Source: a virus (taxonomy: Duplodnaviria; Heunggongvirae; Uroviricota; Caudoviricetes). Taken from it: a stretch of 64,000 nt of DNA. The position numbers were made by a program, and so were the translations under genes. The notes under the pieces were generated by a model. That model saw nothing but the letters and a program-made list of their open reading frames with translations. It was not told the DNA's origin and ran no database searches. The stretch is from positions 10,116 to 74,115 of the IMG/VR virus record IMGVR_UViG_3300046779_001955. One strand, given 5' to 3'. Below, piece after piece: positions 28,514-36,255 of the stretch (position 1 is its first letter; every line of letters begins with the position of its first letter).

Positions 28514-28692
28514 AACCACCTCAAATGAAAAAGCATAATGTTAGCTTCACCGTAGATCACAACGTCATGATGAACAGCATTGTATTCCCAAGGGCCGCCG
28601 TAGGTTCTGACTCCGTATGTGTGGACACACCAGTCCAAGATTTCTTTGCACATCACCCAATTCTTATGTGGTAGATGAAATAATTCTTTCAT
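28510..28692 (-). CDS. LRW-tail small-protein paralog E
   Basis: ends LFHLRWL; ATGA-coupled. Confidence 0.6.
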   Translation of the reverse strand: MKELFHLPHKNWVMCKEILDWCVHTYGVRTYGGPWEYNAVHHDVVIYGEANIMLFHLRWL

Positions 28693-28871
28693 GACCACCT
28701 CAACATAAACATCAGTGCTTCGTTTTCGTTCCCAAAAAAATAATCAATCTTGGACCGGTCGTAAGTGTTGTACCCGTCTTGGTGTACATCATTAGTGATA
28801 TAACTCGGACAATGCTGTTTGGCCCAATCAAGTGCCTGCCACATTGGATCGTAGGGCAAAGTCACTGTCAT
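28689..28871 (-). CDS. LRW-tail small-protein paralog F
   Basis: ends MFMLRWS; ATGA-coupled. Confidence 0.6.
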   Translation of the reverse strand: MTVTLPYDPMWQALDWAKQHCPSYITNDVHQDGYNTYDRSKIDYFFGNENEALMFMLRWS

Positions 28872-29125
28872 CGGCTATATTTTAACATGAACATCATACA
28901 GTCAGATTCTTTTTCAAAAATCAATCGTGCTGATCCTTTATCATATTTCAATACAGCTCCCCACATTGCAAGATGCTGATCGCGTTGTTCATACCATAAT
29001 TCTCGACTTGTTTGACCACCTGCAGGTAAAGAATCAACAAAGTTATCCCACCAGTCAGGTCTAGTTCTATGATCGTTGTCGATGATCACTACTTCTCTAG
29101 TAGTGTTAATTGGTAACTCAGTCAT
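28868..29125 (-). CDS. LRW-tail small-protein paralog G (variant tail MFMLKYSR)
   Basis: ATGA-coupled to paralog H. Confidence 0.55.
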   Translation of the reverse strand: MTELPINTTREVVIIDNDHRTRPDWWDNFVDSLPAGGQTSRELWYEQRDQHLAMWGAVLKYDKGSARLIFEKESDCMMFMLKYSR

Positions 29126-29352
29126 CGCCATCTCAATGCAAATTCCACAGCGTCTCTTTTGTTTTTAAATTCCCAACGAGTAGTATAATCATGCCAACTA
29201 TGAGTACGCTCGCGCCAGGGTGCAGAATTTTTCCGACCATAGCGATCGGCTAACCATGTCCAACGCTGATCATATTCTTCGTAGGTTCGAACCGAAGTCA
29301 CTACACTGTAACTCCAGAGTCTGCGATCCTGTCTACGCTGACTGCTGTTCAT
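29122..29352 (-). CDS. LRW-tail small-protein paralog H
   Basis: ends EFALRWR; first gene of array. Confidence 0.6.
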   Translation of the reverse strand: MNSSQRRQDRRLWSYSVVTSVRTYEEYDQRWTWLADRYGRKNSAPWRERTHSWHDYTTRWEFKNKRDAVEFALRWR

Positions 29353-29584
29353 CTCCGGGTTCCTTTATGACATCAAAGATATCACCGTATTCAACAAATG
29401 GTTCCATGCGATAGCTGTCACCCTGGCGTTCTGTTGCAGTGTAATACTGTTGCTCAAAAATTGGCTGTAACCAAATCCATCGGCCTGACACTGTACGACG
29501 TGGACGCCAGGCCCAGGTCCGACGCCAGGTATAGCAACCATCGTAATCAAAATGTTTTGCTGTGGGTGGTTTATAATAGAACAT
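29333..29584 (-). CDS. hypothetical Trp/Arg-rich protein
   Basis: 83 aa from ATG 29584. Confidence 0.45.
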   Translation of the reverse strand: MFYYKPPTAKHFDYDGCYTWRRTWAWRPRRTVSGRWIWLQPIFEQQYYTATERQGDSYRMEPFVEYGDIFDVIKEPGDEQQSA

Positions 29585-29744
29585 CGTCTTCACCGCGACA
29601 TTGATGTCTAAGTGCCAGCTTTTCTTTCAACCATATCTTGCCGCAATCCGCACAACGCCAGGCGGTACCGTCGCGACTAAAAGGATAATCTCTAATAGGA
29701 TGTGATCCTTGTTTGGTTGTGATTTTTTCTATCTTGGGTTCCAT
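29571..29744 (-). CDS. 57-aa C2HC/C2H2-like zinc-finger protein (not in ORF track)
   Basis: WRCADCGKIWLKEKLALRHQC; TAATG overlap with DNA ligase stop. Confidence 0.35.
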   Translation of the reverse strand: MEPKIEKITTKQGSHPIRDYPFSRDGTAWRCADCGKIWLKEKLALRHQCRGEDDVLL

Positions 29745-31138
29745 TACAATTTTTCTCCAACATCAAACCCACGGAAGCGTACAAATCTAGGGAATCGCAG
29801 TGAGTACGATCCGTCTTGGTTCTGTGTTACTGCATCGGCTTCTACTTCAACAATCTGACCCACGATATTATTTCCATTGACATGATGATTCCAAAACTCA
29901 TCTCTATCACTATCGCTGAGGCCACTACCAACATTGACGGTAATGTGTCGCCCGTTATCGGATCCCTCGCAAACGAGAGCTCCAAGTCGTCCCAGATTTC
30001 TTCCAGTGCCTTCTTCAAGATTGACAACCTCCAAGTCTACTGTGATTGTGGGTTTCCATTTCATCCAATTACTGCTGCGTTTACATTCGTAGTGTGCTTG
30101 AAGGTTCTTAATCATAATACCTTCAAAACCTTCTGCCACAGCGTCTTGTGCAAATTTTTGCATAGTAGATTTGCCAACTGAAGTGTCAAGATCTACTTCA
30201 ATACCTGGCATTATACGAACGCTGGGATTAGAATCTAACAAAGGACGCAGCAATTCAAGTTTTTCACTGCGACGTTCTTGTGATAATTGAATCTGTGATC
30301 CTCGTTTAAATGCATCAAGTGACACCCAGTCAAACACATAAAACTTTGAATCATTGGCATTGGCATCACGTTTACGACGTGCTTGCTTCATTAGGGTTTG
30401 AAAACTTTCGCCAACAATTTCACCGTCAAGAACTATTGGTGCACCATTGGCCAGTAATCGTTTGATTTCTAGTGCGTTACCAATGAGTTGATCTTCTATA
30501 ACACTGAAGTTTTCAAAGACCTTTCCGTTGCGACTGTATAGAGTAACTGCACCGTTATTGTCAATTACAGCCAACACACGAACACCATCAAGTTTGCATT
30601 CGATTCTGGCACGACCAGTCATCTTGTTGGGATGATCTGCAGAGTCTGTGGCCAATTGACAAGTAAACACTGGTATAGCCCAGTCGCTTTTACCTAGTAT
30701 CTTGTTCAGTGTTTTTTCACTAATGCCGCAGCGCAGACCTTTGATCAATACACGACGACACATGTCATTCCACTCTTGACTATCAAATTGGCGACTGCAT
30801 TCTTCCACCATTTGGCGCATGTGATTACCAGTGACTGAACGAGTGCGTAGTGCCTCGCATAGTGCCCAGAACTGTGGCCACGGATTGGGCTGACCTACAA
30901 TATTTTCAGTTTCAGGAACCTGTTTGATATTGTAAGTGTAAAAAGGATTGTATGCAAGATAGCAATTAAACAAAAAGATTTGAGCACTAGAGCTACCTAG
31001 TTTTGCAGCCATAAAGGCTTTTTCAATAACCCGTTCTTTGTGTAAGCGGCTATCTGAGCTTTCAAGATCATGGATCCAATCAGCTGCCACCGGTACTCCG
31101 TTAAAAGAAGTGTCTTTGGGATTGAACACTTGTGCCAT
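29744..31138 (-). CDS. ATP-dependent DNA ligase
   Basis: KxDG adenylation motif (ECKLDGVRV), OB-domain C-terminal region. Confidence 0.9.
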   Translation of the reverse strand: MAQVFNPKDTSFNGVPVAADWIHDLESSDSRLHKERVIEKAFMAAKLGSSSAQIFLFNCYLAYNPFYTYNIKQVPETENIVGQPNPWPQFWALCEALRTRSVTGNHMRQMVEECSRQFDSQEWNDMCRRVLIKGLRCGISEKTLNKILGKSDWAIPVFTCQLATDSADHPNKMTGRARIECKLDGVRVLAVIDNNGAVTLYSRNGKVFENFSVIEDQLIGNALEIKRLLANGAPIVLDGEIVGESFQTLMKQARRKRDANANDSKFYVFDWVSLDAFKRGSQIQLSQERRSEKLELLRPLLDSNPSVRIMPGIEVDLDTSVGKSTMQKFAQDAVAEGFEGIMIKNLQAHYECKRSSNWMKWKPTITVDLEVVNLEEGTGRNLGRLGALVCEGSDNGRHITVNVGSGLSDSDRDEFWNHHVNGNNIVGQIVEVEADAVTQNQDGSYSLRFPRFVRFRGFDVGEKL

Positions 31139-31172
31139 AGTATTTAGAGTCCTTGTAACAGATTAAAAGCGT

Positions 31173-31201
31173 ATTATAAAGAATTATTCTTATTTGGTCA
31201 A
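31173..31201 (-). promoter_or_regulatory. sigma70-like promoter TTGACC-17-TATAAT upstream of ligase
   Basis: revcomp TTGACCaaataagaataattcttTATAAT; AAGGA SD follows. Confidence 0.6.
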
Positions 31202-31576
31202 TTACCAGCTGGAATTGTAGTAGACCTTTAGGCCTAGAAACACTTCGGCTTTGGCTTCGCGAATAAATTGCAAGTCCTGTTCTCGATAATACTCATCTGA
31301 TGGATTGCCAAAGAAAAACCCTTCGGTAAAAGGCAGTTCTCCGGCTGTAATGGTTCGTTCCAGCCGTTCAAGATCATCCCAGGTAAGTTCAAGTTCTACA
31401 CCGTTAAAGTCCCCACCATTGGGATGGTGGTCGTCACCGGGGCGACCTTTTTCTTCCCATAGTCGCTCCATCCAACCGTGTAGGTTTGGATGTTTACGCC
31501 AGTATGAAAGCTCTCGATAATCGTCACTGTCATTTTTGGTAGTTGATCCAACATAAGCGTACATGTCTAAACCCAC
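31202..31576 (-). CDS. hypothetical protein
   Basis: 124-aa ORF. Confidence 0.55.
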   Translation of the reverse strand: MGLDMYAYVGSTTKNDSDDYRELSYWRKHPNLHGWMERLWEEKGRPGDDHHPNGGDFNGVELELTWDDLERLERTITAGELPFTEGFFFGNPSDEYYREQDLQFIREAKAEVFLGLKVYYNSSW

Positions 31577-31586
31577 GGTGTTCTCC

Positions 31587-32399
31587 TTATCGAGTGTTAA
31601 CGATTGGTGTTGCGTTACCGATGATCATAGTACACTTGGAGTTCGCAGCACATTCTTCCATAGCCAATGCTTTCTTGTACTCGATCAACTGGTTGGTAAT
31701 ACTTTGTGTCAAGATGTTGTTGCGACGTGCAGTACCTTCGGCCTCGGCAACTACACGAGCAGCTTCGGCCTTGGCCAATTCAAGCTCGGCTTTCTTGGCT
31801 TCGATCTGTTTCTGCATCTGCACGTTGGCAAGAATACTGTTTTCAATTGCAGGATCTGTTATAACCTGACGCATTACAACACGAGTCACAGTAAACACAC
31901 CAGGATCCGATTTATCCAACTCAGCCTGCACATTTTTCTGTACAGCAGTAGCAACTTCATCACGGTGTTGGTGAATAGTTAGCGAATCGTGTTTGGCAAC
32001 TTCTTCATAAATTGCAGTGCGACTCAAATTCTCAACTAGTTGATATCCTGCGTACCAGTATCCATGTTGGCTACGTGCATTTTGTGCAGCGTACTTGGTG
32101 TAGAGTTCAGGAACTTTGGCGCCGTTTACTCGGTAGTAAACAGTCAAATCCATTTCTTTCAGCGTCAAGTTGTCCTTGGCCTTGGGTGTCATGTTGTCAA
32201 GATTTACAGCAGATTCTTTGGCAGTAAACTCTCGCACACTAGACAGCACCGCAAGATACATGCCGGGTTCAACAGGTTCAGCGTTGACTTTACCAAATGT
32301 AGTACGAACACCTACGTTGCCTTGGTCAATAACACCCATACAACCACCTAATATCAACGTAGTACCAATGACCGCTGTTGTAATTAAACCTCGATACAT
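31587..32399 (-). CDS. SPFH/band-7 (HflC/prohibitin-like) lipoprotein
   Basis: lipobox LGGC; SPFH core; C-terminal AEAE/AKAEAARVVAEAEG helix. Confidence 0.8.
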   Translation of the reverse strand: MYRGLITTAVIGTTLILGGCMGVIDQGNVGVRTTFGKVNAEPVEPGMYLAVLSSVREFTAKESAVNLDNMTPKAKDNLTLKEMDLTVYYRVNGAKVPELYTKYAAQNARSQHGYWYAGYQLVENLSRTAIYEEVAKHDSLTIHQHRDEVATAVQKNVQAELDKSDPGVFTVTRVVMRQVITDPAIENSILANVQMQKQIEAKKAELELAKAEAARVVAEAEGTARRNNILTQSITNQLIEYKKALAMEECAANSKCTMIIGNATPIVNTR

Positions 32400-32400
32400 T

Positions 32401-32577
32401 TTAAACCCTTTCTAATAAAACGATTACAAACAAAACCGCTGTGGCACTGATACCACAATAGGCCATGCGTTTAGACCATAACCCGGTCCAGGCCTTTTCC
32501 TCTTTGTCCATGACATAGTTAATAACAAAGAATCCTAGAGTCAGTACAAACCAACTCACAATTAATCTTATGATCAT
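32401..32577 (-). CDS. small 2-TM membrane protein upstream of SPFH gene (not in ORF track)
   Basis: MIIRLIVSWFVLTLGFFVINYVMDKEEKAWTGLWSKRMAYCGISATAVLFVIVLLERV; ATGA overlap with zinc-ribbon gene. Confidence 0.45.
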   Translation of the reverse strand: MIIRLIVSWFVLTLGFFVINYVMDKEEKAWTGLWSKRMAYCGISATAVLFVIVLLERV

Positions 32578-32792
32578 TTCTTTTTGTCCTTGGGAAATTT
32601 AGTACACCAGATACAGCGAACACTGGGCTTGGCATAAAAGTAACTGCCGGTGTCGGGGAATTTACCTTTGCAGCCGGCACAGATATAAGTTTGCATAGCC
32701 GGACCCCAAGGACCATCCACAGCCGCTTGCTGCCTGGGCCCAAGGTCTCCAGACACAGGCTTTGCTTTAATTTTCGTATTCATAAGGATCAA
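32574..32792 (-). CDS. zinc-ribbon protein
   Basis: CAGCKGKF ... CIWCTKF. Confidence 0.45.
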   Translation of the reverse strand: MILMNTKIKAKPVSGDLGPRQQAAVDGPWGPAMQTYICAGCKGKFPDTGSYFYAKPSVRCIWCTKFPKDKKK

Positions 32793-32921
32793 TCAAGTCG
32801 GCTTCAAGCACAGCATCTTCGTAAGTGGCAGCACCAAGTTGAATTGTGGTGCCATCGGCATAGCAGGCTAGATATGAATTGTACAGCGAATCGTATTCGA
32901 TGCCGGTAAAAAAGTTACCCA

Positions 32922-33113
32922 TTAGAGTCCTCGTAAATGGTTGATGACAATACGTGCTTCTTCAAAGTCGCTGCGAGCCAAGGCTTCTTCGATCATGTGT
33001 GCATGCAGTTCATGCAACTCTTCTAGCATGGCATTGACTATTTGGCGCTTGCGATTCAAGCTTTGGAATTCCACTCGCCGGTAACCACTAAATTGACGAC
33101 TATAATCATTCAC
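32922..33113 (-). CDS. hypothetical protein (GTG start, AAGGAG SD)
   Basis: first gene after promoter 33143-33171. Confidence 0.5.
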   Translation of the reverse strand: MNDYSRQFSGYRRVEFQSLNRKRQIVNAMLEELHELHAHMIEEALARSDFEEARIVINHLRGL

Positions 33114-33142
33114 AGCAGCTCCTTGTTATTCACTATACCCAT

Positions 33143-33171
33143 ATTATAGCAAAAAGGAATTTATTGGTCAA
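33143..33171 (-). promoter_or_regulatory. sigma70-like promoter inside duplicated ~55-nt block (copy 1)
   Basis: revcomp TTGACCaataaattcctttttgcTATAATatgggtatag...aaggagc. Confidence 0.65.
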
Positions 33172-33177
33172 TGGTTG

Positions 33178-33408
33178 CTATTTTTGCAACTTTTCCCAGA
33201 CCAACTCACGTTCGTGAACGTTTGCTACTAACTTGATGTAGCCATTGGAGAAGCAAGTGAGTATTATGTCTCGAATGTTCTGTGGACATGTAGGATCAAA
33301 TTCTATGCCGGCACGGGGAGCAGCCTGGAATCCGTCGCTGATAAAGTAATCCGGATCACCTTGGCGAATTTGTCGAATTTGACGAGTCGGAAGATTATCA
33401 AAATTCAT
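33178..33408 (-). CDS. hypothetical protein
   Basis: 76-aa ORF in overlapping early-gene-like string. Confidence 0.45.
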   Translation of the reverse strand: MNFDNLPTRQIRQIRQGDPDYFISDGFQAAPRAGIEFDPTCPQNIRDIILTCFSNGYIKLVANVHERELVWEKLQK

Positions 33409-33599
33409 TCAAAGTACTCCACGGCATGAGGAATATCGCGCCAGCGTCCCCACCAAGTGCGATACTGCAATACATTGGCAGTGTTGCTGCTGCCTAGTTC
33501 TTGTTTGGCTGTCATCATGCTCACAGAATATTTTTCACTGTATTCTTTGACCATGGCAGCAGTGATGATTCGACGTCGCTGTAACCAACGGAGTTTCAT
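33405..33599 (-). CDS. hypothetical protein
   Basis: 64 aa; ATGA overlap. Confidence 0.45.
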   Translation of the reverse strand: MKLRWLQRRRIITAAMVKEYSEKYSVSMMTAKQELGSSNTANVLQYRTWWGRWRDIPHAVEYFE

Positions 33600-33862
33600 T
33601 ATTTTTTAAGTAGTTTAAAAATTTTATCGGCTGTGACTATTTCATGCAACTGCTTGACTTCTTTGACTCGGACTTCAAATTCCACAATCTCCCAGTCATC
33701 AAGTTGACGGCGATAATAATCCGAAGACGAGTTAAGATGTTGTGTAATTATTGCGCGAAGCTTTCCCAGCGTATCGTAGACCTTGCCAGAATTGTTCCAA
33801 GTGCCGTCGGACTTGCGAAACAGTTCAGGATTCTTACGATTACGTATTTTATAGTAGTTCAT
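33599..33862 (-). CDS. hypothetical protein
   Basis: 87 aa. Confidence 0.45.
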   Translation of the reverse strand: MNYYKIRNRKNPELFRKSDGTWNNSGKVYDTLGKLRAIITQHLNSSSDYYRRQLDDWEIVEFEVRVKEVKQLHEIVTADKIFKLLKK

Positions 33863-34131
33863 ACTTTTTTACGATTTAAAATATCCCAGGCCATGCCATG
33901 CCACCGAGTAAAAACCACTCGCCAAAATCCTGGAAGACTTCCAGCGGCGCAACTCATTTCCCACCATTCGCCGTCGGTACCTTGATACACTACGCGGGCA
34001 TCAATACCGTAGATACCTTTTACTTTTTTAAGTACTTGCTCGGCATCGTTGGTCACACTTGTAGCACCATCTAGATCTTGTAAAAAGATGATGCCATCTT
34101 TGACTCCAACTATTTCCCATTGGCTACGCAT
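33859..34131 (-). CDS. hypothetical protein
   Basis: 90 aa; ATGA overlap. Confidence 0.45.
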   Translation of the reverse strand: MRSQWEIVGVKDGIIFLQDLDGATSVTNDAEQVLKKVKGIYGIDARVVYQGTDGEWWEMSCAAGSLPGFWRVVFTRWHGMAWDILNRKKV

Positions 34132-34136
34132 AATTT

Positions 34137-34529
34137 TTAGCAGTTGACTGCTTCCTGTTTGACAGCAAAGCGATACAGTGCATCACATTCTCGAATAAAG
34201 TGTTCACCTACGTCCATGCTTACATAATCTACACCTTGCATACCTTGCTCGGTATATGAGACATCAAGTATAGCGTCGGGGCTAAATCCAAACGTCTTTT
34301 CCATACAGGTAAGGAATGTGTGTTTCCATCCCATGTCCGAATAGATCAATCCGTCTTGGTCTACGTCCCAATCTCGTGTATCAAAGTAAACACGAAGTTC
34401 ACCAAACTCGTTGTTGCTACTTACTGACGCAAGTTCAACACGATTGACTCGGACGGTTTTGTGCGCTTCAGACCAATATCCAGTTCCTGCAGTTTTAGTA
34501 ACAAAATTAACTTGTCGATCAAATATCAT
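34137..34529 (-). CDS. hypothetical protein
   Basis: 130 aa. Confidence 0.5.
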   Translation of the reverse strand: MIFDRQVNFVTKTAGTGYWSEAHKTVRVNRVELASVSSNNEFGELRVYFDTRDWDVDQDGLIYSDMGWKHTFLTCMEKTFGFSPDAILDVSYTEQGMQGVDYVSMDVGEHFIRECDALYRFAVKQEAVNC

Positions 34530-34702
34530 TCTGTTGCCTCGTTTATAATATCTCTAAACTCTTGCATAGTAAATTCCCGACCTCGCCACCACGCCACAGC
34601 TGGGTCTAATACTTTGACCTTGAGATCCAAGGTAACCTCTACCCACAGGTCACCGTTTTGATGCGGTGCATTCTTAATGCAATATACGTTGCCTTCTTTC
34701 AT
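34526..34702 (-). CDS. 58-aa hypothetical protein (not in ORF track)
   Basis: MKEGNVYCIKNAPHQNGDLWVEV...; ATGA overlaps at both ends. Confidence 0.4.
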   Translation of the reverse strand: MKEGNVYCIKNAPHQNGDLWVEVTLDLKVKVLDPAVAWWRGREFTMQEFRDIINEATE

Positions 34703-34848
34703 GCTGCCTCTAGTTCGCGGATTTGTGCTGCCAGTTTCTGGCGCTGTTCGTCAATGCGAGCATTAGATTCTTCGTCGAGCTCGCCGGCAATCTCATCAAG
34801 ATGAATCAGCTCGTTGTACAATACATCAAGTAAAGTTTGGTCAGCCAT
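34699..34848 (-). CDS. small acidic protein
   Basis: start at MADQTLLD. Confidence 0.4.
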   Translation of the reverse strand: MADQTLLDVLYNELIHLDEIAGELDEESNARIDEQRQKLAAQIRELEAA

Positions 34849-34852
34849 AAAA

Positions 34853-35122
34853 TTACTCCTTGTCCATAATGTATGTAAACAGAACCCACTTGGCACGGTT
34901 AAGCAATTGGCGCTGGTCTTCGATGGTGTTGAAATCAGGCTGTTCGTATGCCATCATTTCTTGTGCATCCGACATCATGGACGCCACAATCATTGCCGGG
35001 CCACTTAGTTTAAAAGTAATGCTAGACTCTATTGCTTCGCGCATGCCGTCTTCGGTTACACCATACATTGAAACTTCACGCTTTTGCTGTTCAGTTAGTG
35101 ATTCGTAAATTGCAGTGGCCAT
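34853..35122 (-). CDS. hypothetical protein
   Basis: AAGGAG SD; 89 aa. Confidence 0.5.
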   Translation of the reverse strand: MATAIYESLTEQQKREVSMYGVTEDGMREAIESSITFKLSGPAMIVASMMSDAQEMMAYEQPDFNTIEDQRQLLNRAKWVLFTYIMDKE

Positions 35123-35251
35123 TTTGTTATCTCCTTAAACTTCTTCCCAACGCCAACCTTTGAAATAAGCCCGCATTGTGAGCAGGGCTGCAATAAAAGC
35201 AACGGCACTTAAAACAGTCATTTGTTGCTCCTTGTTATCTACTATACCCAT

Positions 35252-35280
35252 ATTATAGCAAACAGGGATTTATTGGCCAA
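35252..35280 (-). promoter_or_regulatory. sigma70-like promoter inside duplicated ~55-nt block (copy 2)
   Basis: revcomp TTGGCCaataaatccctgtttgcTATAATatgggtatag...aaggagc. Confidence 0.6.
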
Positions 35281-35297
35281 CCAATTTCTAATGTTGC

Positions 35298-35591
35298 TTA
35301 TTCAACAACAGTCAGCATACTTGCAGGAACACGCCATAGTCTATTATGAGGCGCGAGTTCTGCAACAGTTACATACTTTATTGCAACTTTTTCTACAGTA
35401 CAAATCATTTCACGACCAAGGCGGTTATTGTAAAATTTAACAGTTGCACCTTTTGCAACACTGCGTTTCACAGCCTTTGCCAGTTGAGTGCGACGAAATT
35501 TTACAGCAGAGGCAATACTTTCTAGTTGCTCATTTGTAAACGAGCCAAACATGATTGCTGAATTAACATCCTGAATGGAAAGTTGCGACAT
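35298..35591 (-). CDS. hypothetical protein
   Basis: AGGAG SD; 97 aa. Confidence 0.5.
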   Translation of the reverse strand: MSQLSIQDVNSAIMFGSFTNEQLESIASAVKFRRTQLAKAVKRSVAKGATVKFYNNRLGREMICTVEKVAIKYVTVAELAPHNRLWRVPASMLTVVE

Positions 35592-35621
35592 TGCTAACTC
35601 CTAATAAGTTACAGTATCGTT

Positions 35622-35650
35622 ATTATAAGGAAATTGGGATTAATGGTCAA
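35622..35650 (-). promoter_or_regulatory. sigma70-like promoter TTGACC-17-TATAAT
   Basis: revcomp TTGACCattaatcccaatttcctTATAAT. Confidence 0.6.
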
Positions 35651-36018
35651 CCAAACTGTGTGTTTTGGAATCTTGTAGCTGCTGCTTTTTGCAAGGGTTT
35701 TTTAGATGGTGTTCCGGTGCCTAATTCATCGTGAGTATAAAATCCATATAGAAATACAGTTCTATTGACGATACGATAAACAATGCTGACATCAGGTGTA
35801 AGGTGTGCATGACGAAGTCCCGGAACTTGTCCTAAAGGTGCATCACCTACAAAAGCTCGGTCAGTGGGATTCCATTGTTGATTGGGGTCTTGTCTTTTAA
35901 CATGCATGAACTGTCGAAGTTTAGCACGAACGCCAGGGTACGGAAGAATTCGATGGTTATAGGTACGGCGGAAATCGTTACCGCGAAGAAATGCTGTTTG
36001 CGGCGTCGTATGCTTCAT
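35647..36018 (-). CDS. possible RelE/YafQ-fold toxin-like protein
   Basis: C-terminal HAHLTPDVSIVYRIVNRTVFLYGFYTHDEL resembles RelE/YafQ core; overlaps upstream acidic ORF. Confidence 0.35.
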   Translation of the reverse strand: MKHTTPQTAFLRGNDFRRTYNHRILPYPGVRAKLRQFMHVKRQDPNQQWNPTDRAFVGDAPLGQVPGLRHAHLTPDVSIVYRIVNRTVFLYGFYTHDELGTGTPSKKPLQKAAATRFQNTQFG

Positions 36019-36190
36019 CCCAAGAATCCATTTCTGCAATTAGTTCGTCGGCTGTCTGGGGTTCGCTCCAGCTATCCGATTCATGTGCTTCCATAATACG
36101 CACAAGATCTTCGGTGAGAAAACCAGTGTTATTATTTTCAGCAATCTCTTCACGCAGGTGCCGGCGTCGAGTAACTTCGGTAATTTTCAT
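35978..36190 (-). CDS. small acidic protein (possible antitoxin-like partner)
   Basis: 70 aa, strongly acidic C-terminus, overlaps downstream gene. Confidence 0.4.
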   Translation of the reverse strand: MKITEVTRRRHLREEIAENNNTGFLTEDLVRIMEAHESDSWSEPQTADELIAEMDSWDEAYDAANSISSR

Positions 36191-36220
36191 AGCAATATTT
36201 AGTTAGATCAAAAAGTCTGC

Positions 36221-36249
36221 ACTATAGCAGTATCTTAGTAATTGGTCAA
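36221..36249 (-). promoter_or_regulatory. sigma70-like promoter TTGACC-17-TATAGT
   Basis: revcomp TTGACCaattactaagatactgcTATAGT. Confidence 0.55.
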
Positions 36250-36255
36250 ATGTTG

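Noticed and set aside
27596-29352. Possibility that the periodic ~190-bp repetition is a CRISPR array or non-coding satellite
   Set aside because: The repeating units are protein-coding, with open frames, ATGA junctions and diverged interiors. The conserved element is only about 15 nt and lies at gene boundaries. There are no spacer-repeat units of fixed length.
35145-35221. 25-aa hydrophobic ORF (MTVLSAVAFIAALLTMRAYFKGWRWEEV) preceded by the conserved AAGGAGC SD of promoter block copy 2
   Set aside because: I did not list it as a feature because it is very short and overlaps the SD of the next gene. It remains plausible as a leader peptide and is worth a look if ribosome profiling becomes available.
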